Assembly: GCA_030390025.1 (NCBI GenBank)
Contig: CM059432.1
Location: 94,056,001-94,120,000, forward strand
From: Squalus acanthias
Taxonomy: Eukaryota
DNA: 64,000 nt
Reading direction: 5' to 3'
Every line of letters begins with the position of its first letter. Position 1 is the first letter of the stretch. A program made the translations under genes and the position numbers. Positions 26,400-38,900 of this stretch are shown here, in pieces. The notes under the pieces are model-generated. The model did no database searches. It was not told where the DNA came from and saw nothing but the letters and a program-made list of their open reading frames with translations.

Positions 26400-28272
26400 A
26401 CGCAGTCGAAACTAGGAAGTGTAAATTAGAATATTTAATTCAATGCCAAATCTTGTACAGAAAGCAAAATAAAGAGAGGGAAAGAAAGATGGGATTAAGT
26501 GAGCGAGAGAACAGAGATAAAAAGAAAAAGTAAAAAAAACTCATTTTTTAATGTTTTTAAATCTCCAACAGTAATTAAAATCTGAAGGAATGAGACTCCA
26601 CACTTGTAAAAGTTAATTTTCAGTTCCAGAGAGGTTGTTTGACAGTAATTAAAACTTATCACGCTGTTAGAAATTCACTTACATTTGAATGGACAAGCCC
26701 TAACTTTTTCTGGCGTGTTTAGTGGGTATCTCGTACCACAACTTCATGCTCTTAATGTATTTGAATGCTGAGTCTCTCGGTGAGGTACCGGGTAGCGAAG
26801 CTTCTGGAGGAGCAGGGCAACTCGGACAGCAACTTCCTGATTTCTACTTTAACTTCTTCTTCTTCTGAGGCAGTCCCTCGGAACCGAGGATGACTTGCTT
26901 CCACACTAAAAATTAGTTCTCAGGTGACTGATGAGTCCAATGCAGGACCTACAGTCTCTGTCACAGGTGGGGCAGTAGGTGGTTGAAGGAGTGGGTGGGT
27001 GGGGTGCTTGGGTTGCCATGCGCTCCTTGCGCTGCTTGAGCTTGGCTTCCGCTTGCTCCCGGCAAAGAGACTCGAGGTGTTCGGCGACTTCCCTAATGCT
27101 TCTCCTCTACTTTGTGCGGTCTTGGGCCAGGGATTCCCAGGTGTCGGTGGGGATGTTGCACTTTTTCAAGGAGGCTTTGAGGGTGTCCTTGAAGCATTTC
27201 CTCTGCCCACCTGGGGCTCTCTTGCCGTGTCGGAGCTCCGAGTAGAGCGCTTGTTTTGGGAGTCTCGTATCGGGCATGCGGACAACGTGGCCCGTCCATC
27301 AGAGCTGATCGAGCGTGGTCAAAGCTTCGATGCTGGGGATGTTGGCCTGAGCGAGAAGGCTGACATTGGTGCACCTATCCTGCCAATGGATTTGCAGGAT
27401 CTTGCGGAGGCAGCGTTGGTGGTACCTCTCCAGTGCTTTGAGGTGCCTTGCTGTACATGGTCCATGTCTCTGAAGCATACAGGAGGGCCGGTATCACTAC
27501 TGCTCTGTAGACCATGAGATTGGTGCTGGGTTTGAGGTCCTGGTCTTCAAACACTCTCTTCCTCAGGCGACCGAAGGCTGCACTGGCACACTGAAGGCGG
27601 TGTTGGACTTCATCATCGACGTCTGCCCTTGTTGACAGTAGGTTCCCGAGGTATGGAAAGTGGTCCACGTTGTCCAAGGCCTCGTCATGGATTTTGATAA
27701 TCGGGGAGCAGTACTGTGTGGCGGGGGCAGGTTGGTAGAGGACCTTTGTTTTACGGATGTTTAGTGTAAGGCCCCTGCTCTCGTACTCTTCGGTGAAGGT
27801 GTTGACGATGGTTTGGAGTTCGACCTCAGAGTGTGCACAGACGCAAGCGTCGTCTGCATACTGTAATTCGATGACAGAGGATGGGACGACCTTGGATCTG
27901 GACTGGAGGTGACGGAGGTTGAACAGTTTCCCGTTTGTTCTAGATTAGCTCCACTCCAGCGGGGAGCTTACCGAGGGTGAGATGGAGCATTGCAGCCAGG
28001 AAGATCGAGAAGAGCGTTGGTGCGATGACACAGCCTTGCTTGACCCCAGCCCGTACGTGAATTGGGTCTGTGGTGAATCCACTGGTCAGGATCACGGCTT
28101 GCATGTCGTCATGAAGCAGGTGGAGGATGGTGACAAACTTTTGAGGGCAGCCGAATTTGAGGAGGTACTTTAACTGCACATGTGCAGACACCGGATGTTG
28201 CTGACCGATTTACACTTTAACAAAGGTGAGTGCTGATGGCCTCACCGTTATTTGTACTGCAAAATCTGGGCC
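26400..28272. mobile_element. Harbinger-like MITE (partial), interrupted by an RTE
   Basis: Similar to the reverse complement of 3536-4100; ends in TIR GCAAAATCTGGGCC. Confidence 0.6.
26855..28165 (-). mobile_element. RTE-clade LINE, 5'-truncated
   Basis: GVKQGCVIAPTLF, YADD, VDHFPYLG, AFGRLRKRVF; (GAA)n tail; 10-bp TSD TACTTTAACT at 26845-26854 and 28166-28175. Confidence 0.95.
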
Positions 28273-28302
28273 ACTTATTATTAAATGAACATTGTCTGAA
28301 GA

Positions 28303-28613
28303 TCACAGAATCACAGAATCCCCACAATGCAGATAGAGGCCATTTCGGCCCATCGAGCCTGCACCGACACATATCCCACCCTATCCCCGTAACCCCACGT
28401 ATTTAATCCCCCTAACACTAAGGGTTAATTTATCATAGCCAAATCACCCTAACCCGCATATCTTTGGACTGTGGGAGGAAACCGGAGCACCCGGAGGAAA
28501 CCCACGCAGACACGGGGAGAATGTGCAAACTCCACACAGACAGTCATCCGAGGCCGGATTCGAACCCGGGTCCCTGGCGCTGTGAGGCAACAGCGCTAAC
28601 CACTATGCCACCA
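28303..28613 (-). mobile_element. HE1-like elasmobranch SINE (tRNA head, V-SINE-type core, CR1-like tail)
   Basis: TGGCATAGTGG and GGTTCGAATCC boxes; core GTGTGGAGTTTGCACATTCTCCCCGTGTCTGCGTGGGTTTCCTCCGGGTGCTCCGG; (ATTCTGTG)n tail. Confidence 0.9.
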
Positions 28614-29286
28614 TGTTTCCACTCTGGTTGAACTAGACGTAGAGTGCATACTTTGGGTGGTTAATTAAAATTTTAGGGTGGTACAGGGAACAAATGAAAA
28701 AGAAAACTAGCAGCTGTGGTTCAGTTGGTAGCAGTAAGAAAGAAAGTCTTGCGTTTATAGAGGGCCTTTCATGACGAAGGCGCTTTACAGCCAATGAAGT
28801 ACTTTTGAAGTGTAGTCACTGTTGTAATGTAGGAGAGGCAGCAGCCAATTTGCAAACAGCAAGGTCCCACATACAGTAATGAGAAACAGCAATGAGATAA
28901 TGACCAGGTAATCTGTTTTAGTGATATTGGTTGAGGGATAAATATTGGCGAGGACACTGGGTAAAACTCCCCTACTCTTCTTCGAATAGTGCTATGGGAT
29001 CTTTTATATCCACCTGACAGGACAGATGAGACCTCAGTTTAACGTCTCATCGAGACGGAACCTCTGAAAGTGCAGCACTCCCTCAGTACTGCACTGTCAG
29101 CCCACATTTTGTGCTTGAGTTTCTGTAGTGGGACGTGAACCCATAACCTTCTGACTCAGGCGAAACTGCTACCAACTGAACCACAGCTGCTAGGTTTTTT
29201 TTTCATTTGTTCCCTGCACCACCCTAAAATTTTAATTAACCACCCAAAGTATGCACTCTACGTCTAGTTCAACCAGAGTGGAAACA
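28614..29286. repeat. 122-bp inverted repeat pair (28614-28735 and 29165-29286)
   Basis: Direct comparison: reverse-complement identity with 3 mismatches; 429-bp spacer. Confidence 0.95.
28736..29188 (-). mobile_element. Deu-domain SINE, full length
   Basis: tRNA-like head GCTGTGGTTCAGTTGGTAGC, core shared with 34763 and 50530, (TTTC)n tail. Confidence 0.85.
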
Positions 29287-29504
29287 CAACTGAAGTTTTG
29301 GGCTCTAGAAGCAAATATAACCACTGTATTGATCCATTCTATTTGAAAATTCTAAGCATTTCAGAATCTGGTAACAGTACATTAGAAGGGTTCTCATACA
29401 AGTCTCTCTTGGATGTGAATCTGTAGAATCTCTGATCAATGTTAGGTAACAAAGAAGATAAAGATAAGCAAAAGATGTAAAGGTGTCTGTCAAGAAAAGT
29501 AAAA

Positions 29505-29730
29505 ATAGGAACAGGAGTACGTCATTTAGCCCCTCGAGCGTGTTCCACCATTCAGTTAGATCATGGCTGATCTGTATCTTTTAACTTCATCTACCTGCCT
29601 TGATTCCGTAACCGTTAATATCCTTGCCTAACAAAAATCTATCACTCTCAATTTTGAAATTTTCAATTGACTTTGCCGCGACAGCTTTTGGATGAGAGAT
29701 TCCAGATTTCTACTACCCTTAGTGTGAAGA
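29505..29730 (-). mobile_element. CR1 3' fragment
   Basis: 3' UTR similar to 17940-18150. Confidence 0.75.
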
Positions 29731-30057
29731 GGGTAAAAACGAATAAATTTGGTTTTTTTCTGAACTAAAAATATGAAAACTAATTGATATCAGCAAGAAT
29801 GATACTTCTTGAAATGCAGAGTTTGACTTTATTACACCAGAACTATAATTAGAACAGGCAAGAGTGAAGAGCAGAGAATAGTTTTTCTTAGCAAGCATTT
29901 TTAAATTCTATTAATGTGATGCAGTAGAAACTGTTGTGTGATCTGTCTGCCCCTAAACTCCTTGCTTCAGAGCTTGCATAAAATTATGAAAATTGAAGGG
30001 AGAGAAATAATAGTACCTACATAATAATAAGCAAACTACATACAAAAATTAGACATT

Positions 30058-31582
30058 TATAGAATCATAGAATGGTTACAGCACGGAACAAGGCCATTCG
30101 GCCCGTCGAGCCCGTGCCGACTCTCAGCTAGTCCCACTCCCCTGCCCTTTCCCTGTAGCCCTGCAAATTTTTTTCCTTCAGATACTTATCCAACTCCCTT
30201 TTGAAAGATAAGATTGAGTCTGCCTCCACCACCCTTTTCAGGCAGTGCATTTCAGATCTTAACCACTCGCTGCGTAAAAAAGTCTTTTCTTATGTCGCCT
30301 TTGGTTCTTTTGCCAATCACCTTAAACCTGTGTCCTCTGGTTCTCGACCCTTCTGCCAATGGGAATAGTTTCTCTCTATCTACTCTGTCCAGACCCCTCA
30401 TGATTTTGAACACCTCTATCAAATCTCTTCTCAATCTTCTCTGCTCCAAGGAGAACAACCCCAGCTGCTCCAGTCTGTCAACGTAACTGAAGTCCCTCAT
30501 TCCTGGAATCATTCTTGTAAATCTTTTCTGCACCCTCTCTAAGGTCTTCACATCCTTCCTAAAGTGTGGTGCCCAGAATTGGACACGATACTCCAGTTGG
30601 GGCCGAACCAGTGTTTCATAAAGGTTCATCATAATTTCCACACTTTTGTACTCTAAACCTCTATTTATGAAGCCCAGGATCCTGTAAGCCTTTTTAACTG
30701 ATTTCTCAACCTGCCCTGCCATCTTCAACATTTGTGCACACATACCCCTAGGTCTCTCTGTTCATGCACCCCCTTTAGGATTGTACCATTTAGTTTATAT
30801 GTCCTCTCCTCATTCTTTCTACCAAAATGTATCACTTCACACTTTTCTGCGTTAAATTTCATCTGCCATGTGTCCGCCCATTTCACCAGCCTGTCTGTGT
30901 CTTCCTGAAGTCTATCACTCTCCTCCTCACTGTTCACTATACTTCCAAGTTTTGTGTCATCTGCAAATTTTGAAATTGTACCCTGTACACCCAAGTCAAG
31001 TCATTAATATATATCAAGAAAAGCAGTGGTCCGAGTACCGACCCCTGGGGAACACCACTGTATACCTTCCTCCAGTCTGGAAAAACAACCATTCACCACT
31101 ACTCTCTGTTTCCTGTCACTTAGCCAATTTCGTATCCATGCTACTACTGTCCCTTTTATTCCATAGGCTTCAACTTTGCTGGCAAGCCTATTATGTGGCA
31201 CTTTGTCGAACGCCTTTTGGAAATCCATGTACACTACGTCAACCACATTACCCTCATCAACCCTCTGTGTTACCTCATCAAAAAACTGTATCAAGTTGGT
31301 TAAATACGATTTGCCTTTAACAAATCCGCGCTGGCTTTCCTTAATTAATACACACCTATCCAAGTAACTGTTAATTTTGTCCCTGATTACCGTTTCTAAA
31401 AGCTTCCCCACTACCGAGGTTAAACTGACTGGCCTGTAGTTGCTGGGTTTATCTTTACATCCTTTTTTGAACAATGGTGTAATATTTGCAATTCTCCAGT
31501 CCTCTGGCGCCACCCCCGTATCTATGGACGATTGGAATATTATGGCCAGTCCCTCCGCGATTTCCGCCCTCAATTCTCTCAA
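30058..31582 (-). mobile_element. 5'-truncated CR1 LINE
   Basis: Frameshifted RT ORFs ([31 protein letters not shown]); (ATTCTATG)n tail. Confidence 0.95.
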
Positions 31583-31705
31583 ACTGTATGAGAGATTACG
31601 TGTGTTTTTTAAAATTTAACTCGCAGTGTTTGAATTTTTCACTGCAGCTTTACGGTTTCTTTTGAATGTCATTCTCCGTATTTCTCTTTCTTATAATCTT
31701 GCTCT

Positions 31706-32600
31706 GGGGGGGGTGGCAAACAGTGATGATGATACCAATCGACTGCAACAGGACATAGAAAGGCTAGCAGAATGGGCAGACAAGTGGCAGATGGAATTTA
31801 ATACAGAGAAGTGTGAGGTGATGCATTTTGGCAGAAGGAACAGGGAGAGGCAATATACACTTCATGGCACAGTTTTAAAGAGTGTGCAGGGACAGAGGGA
31901 CCTGAGAGTTAATGTGCATAGGTCCCTGAAGGTGGCAGGACATATTGAGAGAGTGGTTAGCAAAGCATATGGGATCATGGGCTTCATAAATAGAGATTTT
32001 GAGTACAAAAGTAGAGAAGTTATGCTGAATCTGTATAAAGCGCTGGTTTGGCCACAACTGGAGTATTGCGCCAGTTCTGGTCACCACACTTTAGGAAGGA
32101 TGTGAAGGCCCTTGAGAGGGTGCAGAGGAAATTTACCAGAATGGTTCTGGGGATGGGGGATCTTAGCTACAAGGACAGGTTGGAGAAGCTGGATTTGTTT
32201 TCATTCGAGCAAAGGAGGTTGAGGGGTGATTTGATAGAGGTGTACAAGATTATGACGGGTTAGGATAGGCTAGACGGGGAAAGGCTGTTCTCACTAGTTG
32301 ATGGTACAAGGACTAGGGGACACAAATTTAAGGTTTTGGTCAAGAGATACAGGGGGGACGTGAGGAAAAACTTTTTTACACAGCGAGTGGTGATGACCTG
32401 GAATTCGCTGCTGACAGAAGTGGTGGAAGCGGAAACACTCAATGTTTTCAAGGGGAGACTGGATAGGCACTTGAGGGAAATAAACTTGCAGGGCTACAGG
32501 GATAGAGCGGGGGAATGGACTGACTGGACTGCTCTACAGAGAGCCGGCGCGGACTCGATGGGCCAAATGGCCTCCTTCTGTGCCGTTATGACTCTGTGAC
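31706..32600 (+). mobile_element. 5'-truncated CR1 LINE
   Basis: LQQDIERLAEWADKWQMEFN..KC, NFFTQRVV; ATGACTCT-type tail. Confidence 0.93.
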
Positions 32601-32650
32601 TCTTTTTTACTCCCACTCGTGTTGTTTGTATTTTCCAGTCCAACTACTAA

Positions 32651-34360
32651 GGCTGGAATTTTGCCTACCTTGGCGGGTCTGTGGTGGGTCGCAACCCCGC
32701 TGCTGGCTCCATCCCGCTGTTGAAAATGAACTTACCTTAATGGGGCCTATTAAGCCCGGCCAGCACATTACCCAGCCCAATTAGATGGAGCAGGTCTGGT
32801 GACATCATTCATGACGCGTTTTCAGCCGGGATCTTTAAAGGGACTGTGGCCACATTACATTTGAAGTTTAGTCTAACATAGTGCTGTCAGTGCTCTACAG
32901 CGTTGGAGTACTACAAACACTGACAATGACTGCACAGAGGCAGAGGGCTGCACCCAGGTTCTCTGATGACTCCCTCCATATGCTTATGGAGGGAGTCAGA
33001 GCACGCAGGGAGGTCCTCTTCCCTTCCAATGGGTGGAAGAGACCTCCCCAGGAGACCAAAACCGCCTGGTTGCACATTGCAGAGGAGGACACAAGCAGGG
33101 ATGTGGTCAGGAGGACCTGGGAGCAGTGCCGCAAATGTTTCAATGATCTCATTGGATCTGGAAACATTAGTACAAAGCCACACTCAACTTCATCCTGCTG
33201 TGTCTCTCCTCACATCCCCATCACTCTGCCTTCCCTACCCTACTCTTGCACATCCTTACTCACACCAACATACCTTGCACGTCCTCTCTCTATCTACATT
33301 ATCACATCCCCAACTTACTAGTCACCCCTCACACTCGCCCTCATCCTCGTGCAATCATACCAACTAACAACACACAAGGGTAGCCACTTGGGTATTTTAT
33401 CCAATGTTTATGTAAAATTTCTGTTAATGTGGTGTCTAAACATAAAAATCTTTATTTTCAACACTTTCCAGTCTTGGAGAGATTTGTGTGCACCTTTGGA
33501 AGTGGCTTAGTGAGTTGCAGTGAATGATGAGACATAACGGTACCCGCCCCCCCGCCCCCCAGCAATTGTGATGAGTATGAAAGGAATGGCTTGGTCATTG
33601 TACGGATCGTTTATAGTGTTGATGTGGGGTGGTGCCAACCTGGCGCATCATGTGGCAGCCAGGGTGTACAGCGTCAAGTTAACTAAATCTGGCCAAAATA
33701 GGCCATCCCTGGCTTCCCGAGCAGCAATGTGTTCGGGTGCTGATGCCCTCTGTCCTGTGGCAGCATCAGGTGATTGCGAAGAAGGTTGGTGTTGTTGTTG
33801 CTGCTGCCGGTGTGCCTGGTGCTGCTGGTGTTGTGGCTCATCGTGGTCAGATTCTGAGGACCAAGGTGAGACAGTATAAACGGCACCCATGTTGATGGAA
33901 TAGATGGTAGGTGAAGTAGAGATGACAGAAGCAATCTGTCAGTGGTGAGAGAGGTTCTTAAAATGAGGTGACACTGGATGGAGACTTTGCTTGAAAGACT
34001 TGCAGCCTGCAGAAATCTCAATCTATGTTGCAAATGCAGTGAGGAGCAGCTTGTGGCTGAGAAAAGTGATCAGTTGTCAGGTGGGAGCTTTATAGTACAT
34101 TTTATCCTGTCAACTAATCAGCTGGAGCAATGGCCACTCAACTCCCGCCTCAGGTTTACAGACATGCTTCCCGAGCAGCGTGGTCCCCATGGGCATCCAG
34201 TTAAATTTAAAAGATAAGGTTAAAAACACTCTTAAGGTTCTGACAACAAGCTAATAATTGTTTAAATTGGGTTGCCCACCTCTGCCGATCGGGTCGGGTC
34301 CACAATGACGGACGCGCCTGGGGGAAAGGTGTGTGGGAGCGAGATGACAGCGGGTTCCGC
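32651..34360. mobile_element. Internally deleted Harbinger-like transposon: Myb/SANT exon (+) and convergent probable transposase remnant (-)
   Basis: TAA followed by TIR-like GGCTGGAATTTT at 32651; 32926-33165 reads MTAQRQRAAPRFSDDSL...RREVLFP...AW..IA...RTWEQCRKCFNDL; convergent ORF 33890-33648. Confidence 0.7.
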
Positions 34361-34762
34361 TGTAGTAGTAATAGTTAATTACTATTCGTTTTAGTCGTGC
34401 TCCTCATTTTCTGGATTTAATAAAAATCCACATTCTGTAACACCTCACACAGCTGCTCTCCCCAGTGCTCATAAATGTATTATTTTTAGTTTTCCTTCAC
34501 ATTTTTTCTGTCACAATTCTCTTTATCGTGACTGCTCCGGCTCACTCTTTTGTGCTGGGAGTGGACCTCATCCCATCAACTTCTTCTGTGCTCATCACTC
34601 GCCAACACCAAATTTCCTGAAAACATAACTTGTGAAACTTTTCAGCACTTCCCATCACTCAACTTTTACCACTCACCTGTTAGACACTATCATGAGTCTG
34701 CAGACAACCTGAATGTTTCCTCCTCTTTCCTTATCTAGTGTTTCAAACCTCACATGTTGAGC

Positions 34763-35210
34763 TTAGCCGTGGCTCAGTTGGTAGCATTCTTGCCTCTGAG
34801 TCAGAAGGTTGTGGGGTTAAGTTGCACTCCAGAGACTTGAGCACAAAAATCTAGCCTGACACTTCAGTGCAGTATTGAGGGAGTGCTGCAGTGTCGAAGG
34901 TGCTGTCTTTTGATGAGACGTTGGGCCGTCTGCCCTCTCAGGTGGACGTAAACGATTCCATGGCATCATTCGAAGAAGAGCAGGGGAATTGTCCCAGTGT
35001 CCTGGCCAACAATAATTAGTCAACCAACACCTAAAACAGATTATCTGGGCAGAACCTCTTTGCTGTTTGTGGGAGCTTGCTGTGTGCTAATTGGCTGCTG
35101 CAATTCCTACATTACAACCATGACTACAGTTCAGAAAGTACTACGTTGACTGTAAAGGGCTTTGGGACATCCTGAGGTTGTAAAAGCTGCTATATAGTCT
35201 TTCTTTCTTT
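34763..35210 (+). mobile_element. Deu-domain SINE, full length
   Basis: Head AGCCGTGGCTCAGTTGGTAGC; core GCTGTTTGTGGGAGCTTGCTGTG..AATTGGCTGC; (TTTC)n tail. Confidence 0.85.
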
Positions 35211-35919
35211 CACATTGCTCTTCAAACTGCCTCCTTCTGACTGTCACTTCTCAAACTTCAACTTTCATTTCTATAAGTGAATATACTGACACTCATAAAT
35301 ATAAAATTCTTGAAATTCTTTTATTGTTGATTATGTTTAAGGCACTGCATTCAAATTATGATCTATATTTTACACACCTTATAAAAAAAATTGTGCTTTA
35401 TTTACACACAAAAATATCTATGTATATTAAAAACAGTGACTGGTCATGATATTCTAATGAAATTGCATCTGCAGATGTGATCTATTTAATAAAGTGAGGC
35501 TTCCCCTAACATGACATGACAGGCTGCTGTACTGTTCCACCCCTTAGGAAATTCAGAAATGCCAGTTATCCTCTTTAATTACAGTCAACTTTCATCAAGT
35601 GACTTCTGAAACTCTGTTAAACTGGCAAGAAATGAAAATTTACAACATCCCCAATGTTAATTTTCTATCCGGATAGGGCAGTGCAAAGGGTGTTCAGCAG
35701 CGCTCACAGAGTTTAAATGGCCAATTTTCTCACTGAATGGAAGCCTGTTTGAAAAACTTCCCTCTGCCGTAGAACAGATACTCCCAAAATCCTAGCTGAA
35801 GTTATCGAGCACAAGCAAATCACTGTAGTCACCACAATAAAGAAGTTGACCTTTGAGGCACTGATAGCCACCCATCAGAACTCCTGGTCAGTCAGCAAAG
35901 TAAGTGCACCAAAGATGAG

Positions 35920-36400
35920 TCTGGAAGGCTATAAAGTGCCGAATGGAAAGATGAGGTGCTGTTCCTCGAGCTTACCTTGAACTTCTAATAGGCACTTTAC
36001 AGCCTTCCGGATGCAACATTGAGTTCAACAATTTCAGATCGTAACCTTTTCAGACAGCTGCTGTTGATGATTCTGATATTCCCATTTACACCTGCTCAAG
36101 ACCCAGCTTATGTTTCTTTACTTGTCCCATTACCATCTCCTTTCACCTTGCATCATCATCCCTTTTGTCATTTAATCACTCCTGCCTTCCACCCTATCAC
36201 ACACATGCCCCCCTTTCCTTGTCTCTATACTTGCTTAAAACCTGTTACATCTCTAATTTTTTCCAGTTCTGACGTAAAGTCATCGACCTGAAACGTTAAC
36301 TCTGTTTCTCTCTTCAGAGATGCTTCCTGACCTGCTGAGTATTTCCAGCATTTTCTGTTTTTATTTCAGATTTCCAGCATCCGCAGTATTTTGCTTGTGT
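35920..36400 (+). mobile_element. Penelope-like 3' fragment with an inverted 5' segment
   Basis: 35990-36400 matches 12870-13310; 35920-35985 is an inverted copy of the Penelope ORF end. Confidence 0.85.
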
Positions 36401-37053
36401 TGCAGGAATAGCATGAATACTGGACGCTGCACCAAAACAATCCTCCACCCTCATACAGACCAAAACCAAATCCATTTTCCCCTCAACTGAGGTCATTTTT
36501 CCCCCCTGTTATATTAGACATCTGCACCAGGTTCTCCTCCCCCTGCCAACATACACATAATTGAGCAAACCCTTAGTACTTTATAATAAGCAACACTTTG
36601 GACCAACTCAGCACTGGCAGTTATTCATCCTCCACTGAACCCTTACCCCCACTAAGCAACATTTAGGACTTTGGTCATGTATCTCCCTCCTCCCACCTAA
36701 GCAATATTCTAATCTCTTCACCGCATCCCCACCCATTAGCAATTTCTCCTTCAGCCAAAGAAGAGTGCAATTCCACAGAAACCCCCTAAACTGAGAAATA
36801 TTCCAGCTTCCTCAGGCCCCCCAAATAAACAGGAATCTGGACCCTGCCCTCAAAATATAGTCCCTCCCCAACTATGAAGCATCTTTCTCCCCTCCCCCAT
36901 GAGGAATATTCTGTTCTACTCCCCCCTAAACCTTCCCTTCCATCTCTTTTCCCTCCTCTCCTATCCCCTCCAGCTCCTCACCTTACTCATCCCCCTTCCA
37001 CCTTCCCCTCCTGATGGATGCTGAGTATTATCGCAGTAATCAGAGTCTGAGAT

Positions 37054-38328
37054 TATTACAGTTGGTGAGGTTAATTTAGGGTTAACCCCCGAGATAGCTG
37101 ACAAGTTAACAGCTTTGATAGCCATTTTATTGTATAGGTTACCATCTAGATAATTGAGGTTAGTAATGTAGCAATGTGTAAGCAGACGACCTCTTTAAGA
37201 GTGGTGTGGTTGAGTCGGTCTCTTTCCTTTCCTGGGACAAAGGCGTTGGCTCCTGGAGCATCAAGTTGATGAACCCTCTTTCGGCAGCGAGGTTATCTGT
37301 TCCACTTGGATATTTGGTTCTGACTGAACCCACCTTGCACACAGGAGCTGGCTACATTCTCACCGTTCTCTGATCTCAGGCGCTTGTAAAGTTAAGTGAC
37401 CCGTTTCTCTGCCTGCAGTCTCACAGTCGATGTTTGGCTCCTTGTCCCGATATGCTGTACCTGCAAAGACACCTTTCTGCATCTGCTAAGTAAAAGTTCT
37501 TACAGAACAAAGAGCATCTAAGTGAACTAACAGAGAGAATGCTACTTCAACAAAGACAAAGAAAGAGACAGCTTGCTCACTCTAGAAACAGATTACTACA
37601 AACTGTCTACTACAGGCTACTACTACTGACTGTCTACCAATGGATCGGGTGCAGAACCGTTCATTTTATATCTTAATTTCAAAGGGAAGTCTCCCTGCGT
37701 TCACTGAGCCTTTGCCGAAAGGTCTCACTCTTCCCTCCCCCCACCCAGACCCCTTTTGCCAATCAAATCTGATAAATGTGAAGTCCTGCGACTCATTGAG
37801 TCGCTGGGGGATGGCTTTGCTTGGAGTGGGATCGATTTAGTGTCTTTATGTGTTTTTTTATTTAGTGTTTTATGACTCCCTTAATGATCCATCAAGGTGT
37901 TCTATATGATTTTGACAATTTGTTGTTTCACTAAGTGTTATTCCAAATGGGGAACAGCAAAACTTTTTTGCAGTGAGGAATGTTTGTATAAACACACATC
38001 TTCATGGTGCAAATAACCTAGAAGTTTTATGGCTTTAATTTGTTCATGGCTTTTGCATGACTTGAACAAGCTGAGAAACTGTGTTAGCTAAAAGCCTTTC
38101 CCCACATTCAGTTCAACAGCTAAACTTAATTTTGTGTGGTCAGCTTTCAAACAAAATGCCATTTTTGGCACATTTTAGGGCATTTCCCCTCTGAAACTTG
38201 AAGACACCCTTCAGGCAATTTACAGAGCATTGTTCCTACAAGCTCTGAGCTCTTAGTTGCCAAGAGGCAATATCACCCTCAGATATGTCTTCTGTTATCA
38301 CCCAAGATTTATTCACCTCTCAACAACA
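37054..38328 (-). mobile_element. Possible solo LTR (ERV or other LTR element)
   Basis: Minus strand begins TGTTG, has TATAAAA near 37670 and AATAAA near 37130, and ends in TGTAATA (possibly a decayed ...CA); no TSD found. Confidence 0.35.
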
Positions 38329-38419
38329 GGGGCACGTGGTGGGTGCCCCTCCATATATTTCTTCTAGGCAGCAATATAATTAAGTAGTTTCTCTATTCCC
38401 AAATTATAAATCATCATGC

Positions 38420-38900
38420 CAGAAACTGATTTCTGTGATGCCACAATGTTATAAAGAGATCAAATAAATAGATATTCTCATACTTAAGCTTGCCTTGTGC
38501 GGGAAGCCACATAATTTTCTCCTTTACTGGAAATCTGAGCATTTTTAAGATTGTTTCGGATCAGAACCGATCAAGGTACAACAATTGTTCACTTTTATGG
38601 AGATGTGTCAAGTAATGGCTAAAGCTTCCCTGAGCACCTCTTCAATAAAAAGGTGTCTGTACCCTCATTTTCCAGTGATACACCCATAATTCTGATATTT
38701 CTTCATTGGCCTTGATTGTTGAGATCATCAATATATTTATGGGACACATGCTCCTTTTTAAGTAAGTGAGTCATTACTGTCTCAAGCCTCATGAGGAGAT
38801 CTGCAGGGCGGGCTAAATATTCCTATACCATGTTTATTTTATCTTCAGTTTGAAAGTATGCAACTTTAATTTCTCCATTGAAGTTGCTTTTTGCAGGATC
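38420..38900 (-). pseudogene. Decayed L1-type ORF1p (Transposase_22/L1TD1-like) remnant
   Basis: Across frameshifts: IDDLNNQ..ENIRIMGVSLENEGTD..FIEEVLREAL...F.VKEKIM...GKLKYENIYLFD, resembling the L1 ORF1 pattern DLENRSRR.NIRI.G.PE..EG. Confidence 0.55.

Noticed and set aside
28614..29286. Novel TIR DNA transposon carrying a SINE
   Set aside because: The arms include part of the SINE head itself and no TSD flanks the pair, so a local inverted duplication explains it better.
33648..33890. Host polyglutamine protein
   Set aside because: Short ORF inside a Harbinger-like element.
35676..35899. Coding exon bounded by AG and GTAAGT
   Set aside because: Stops in all three frames; it could at most be non-coding and has no other support.
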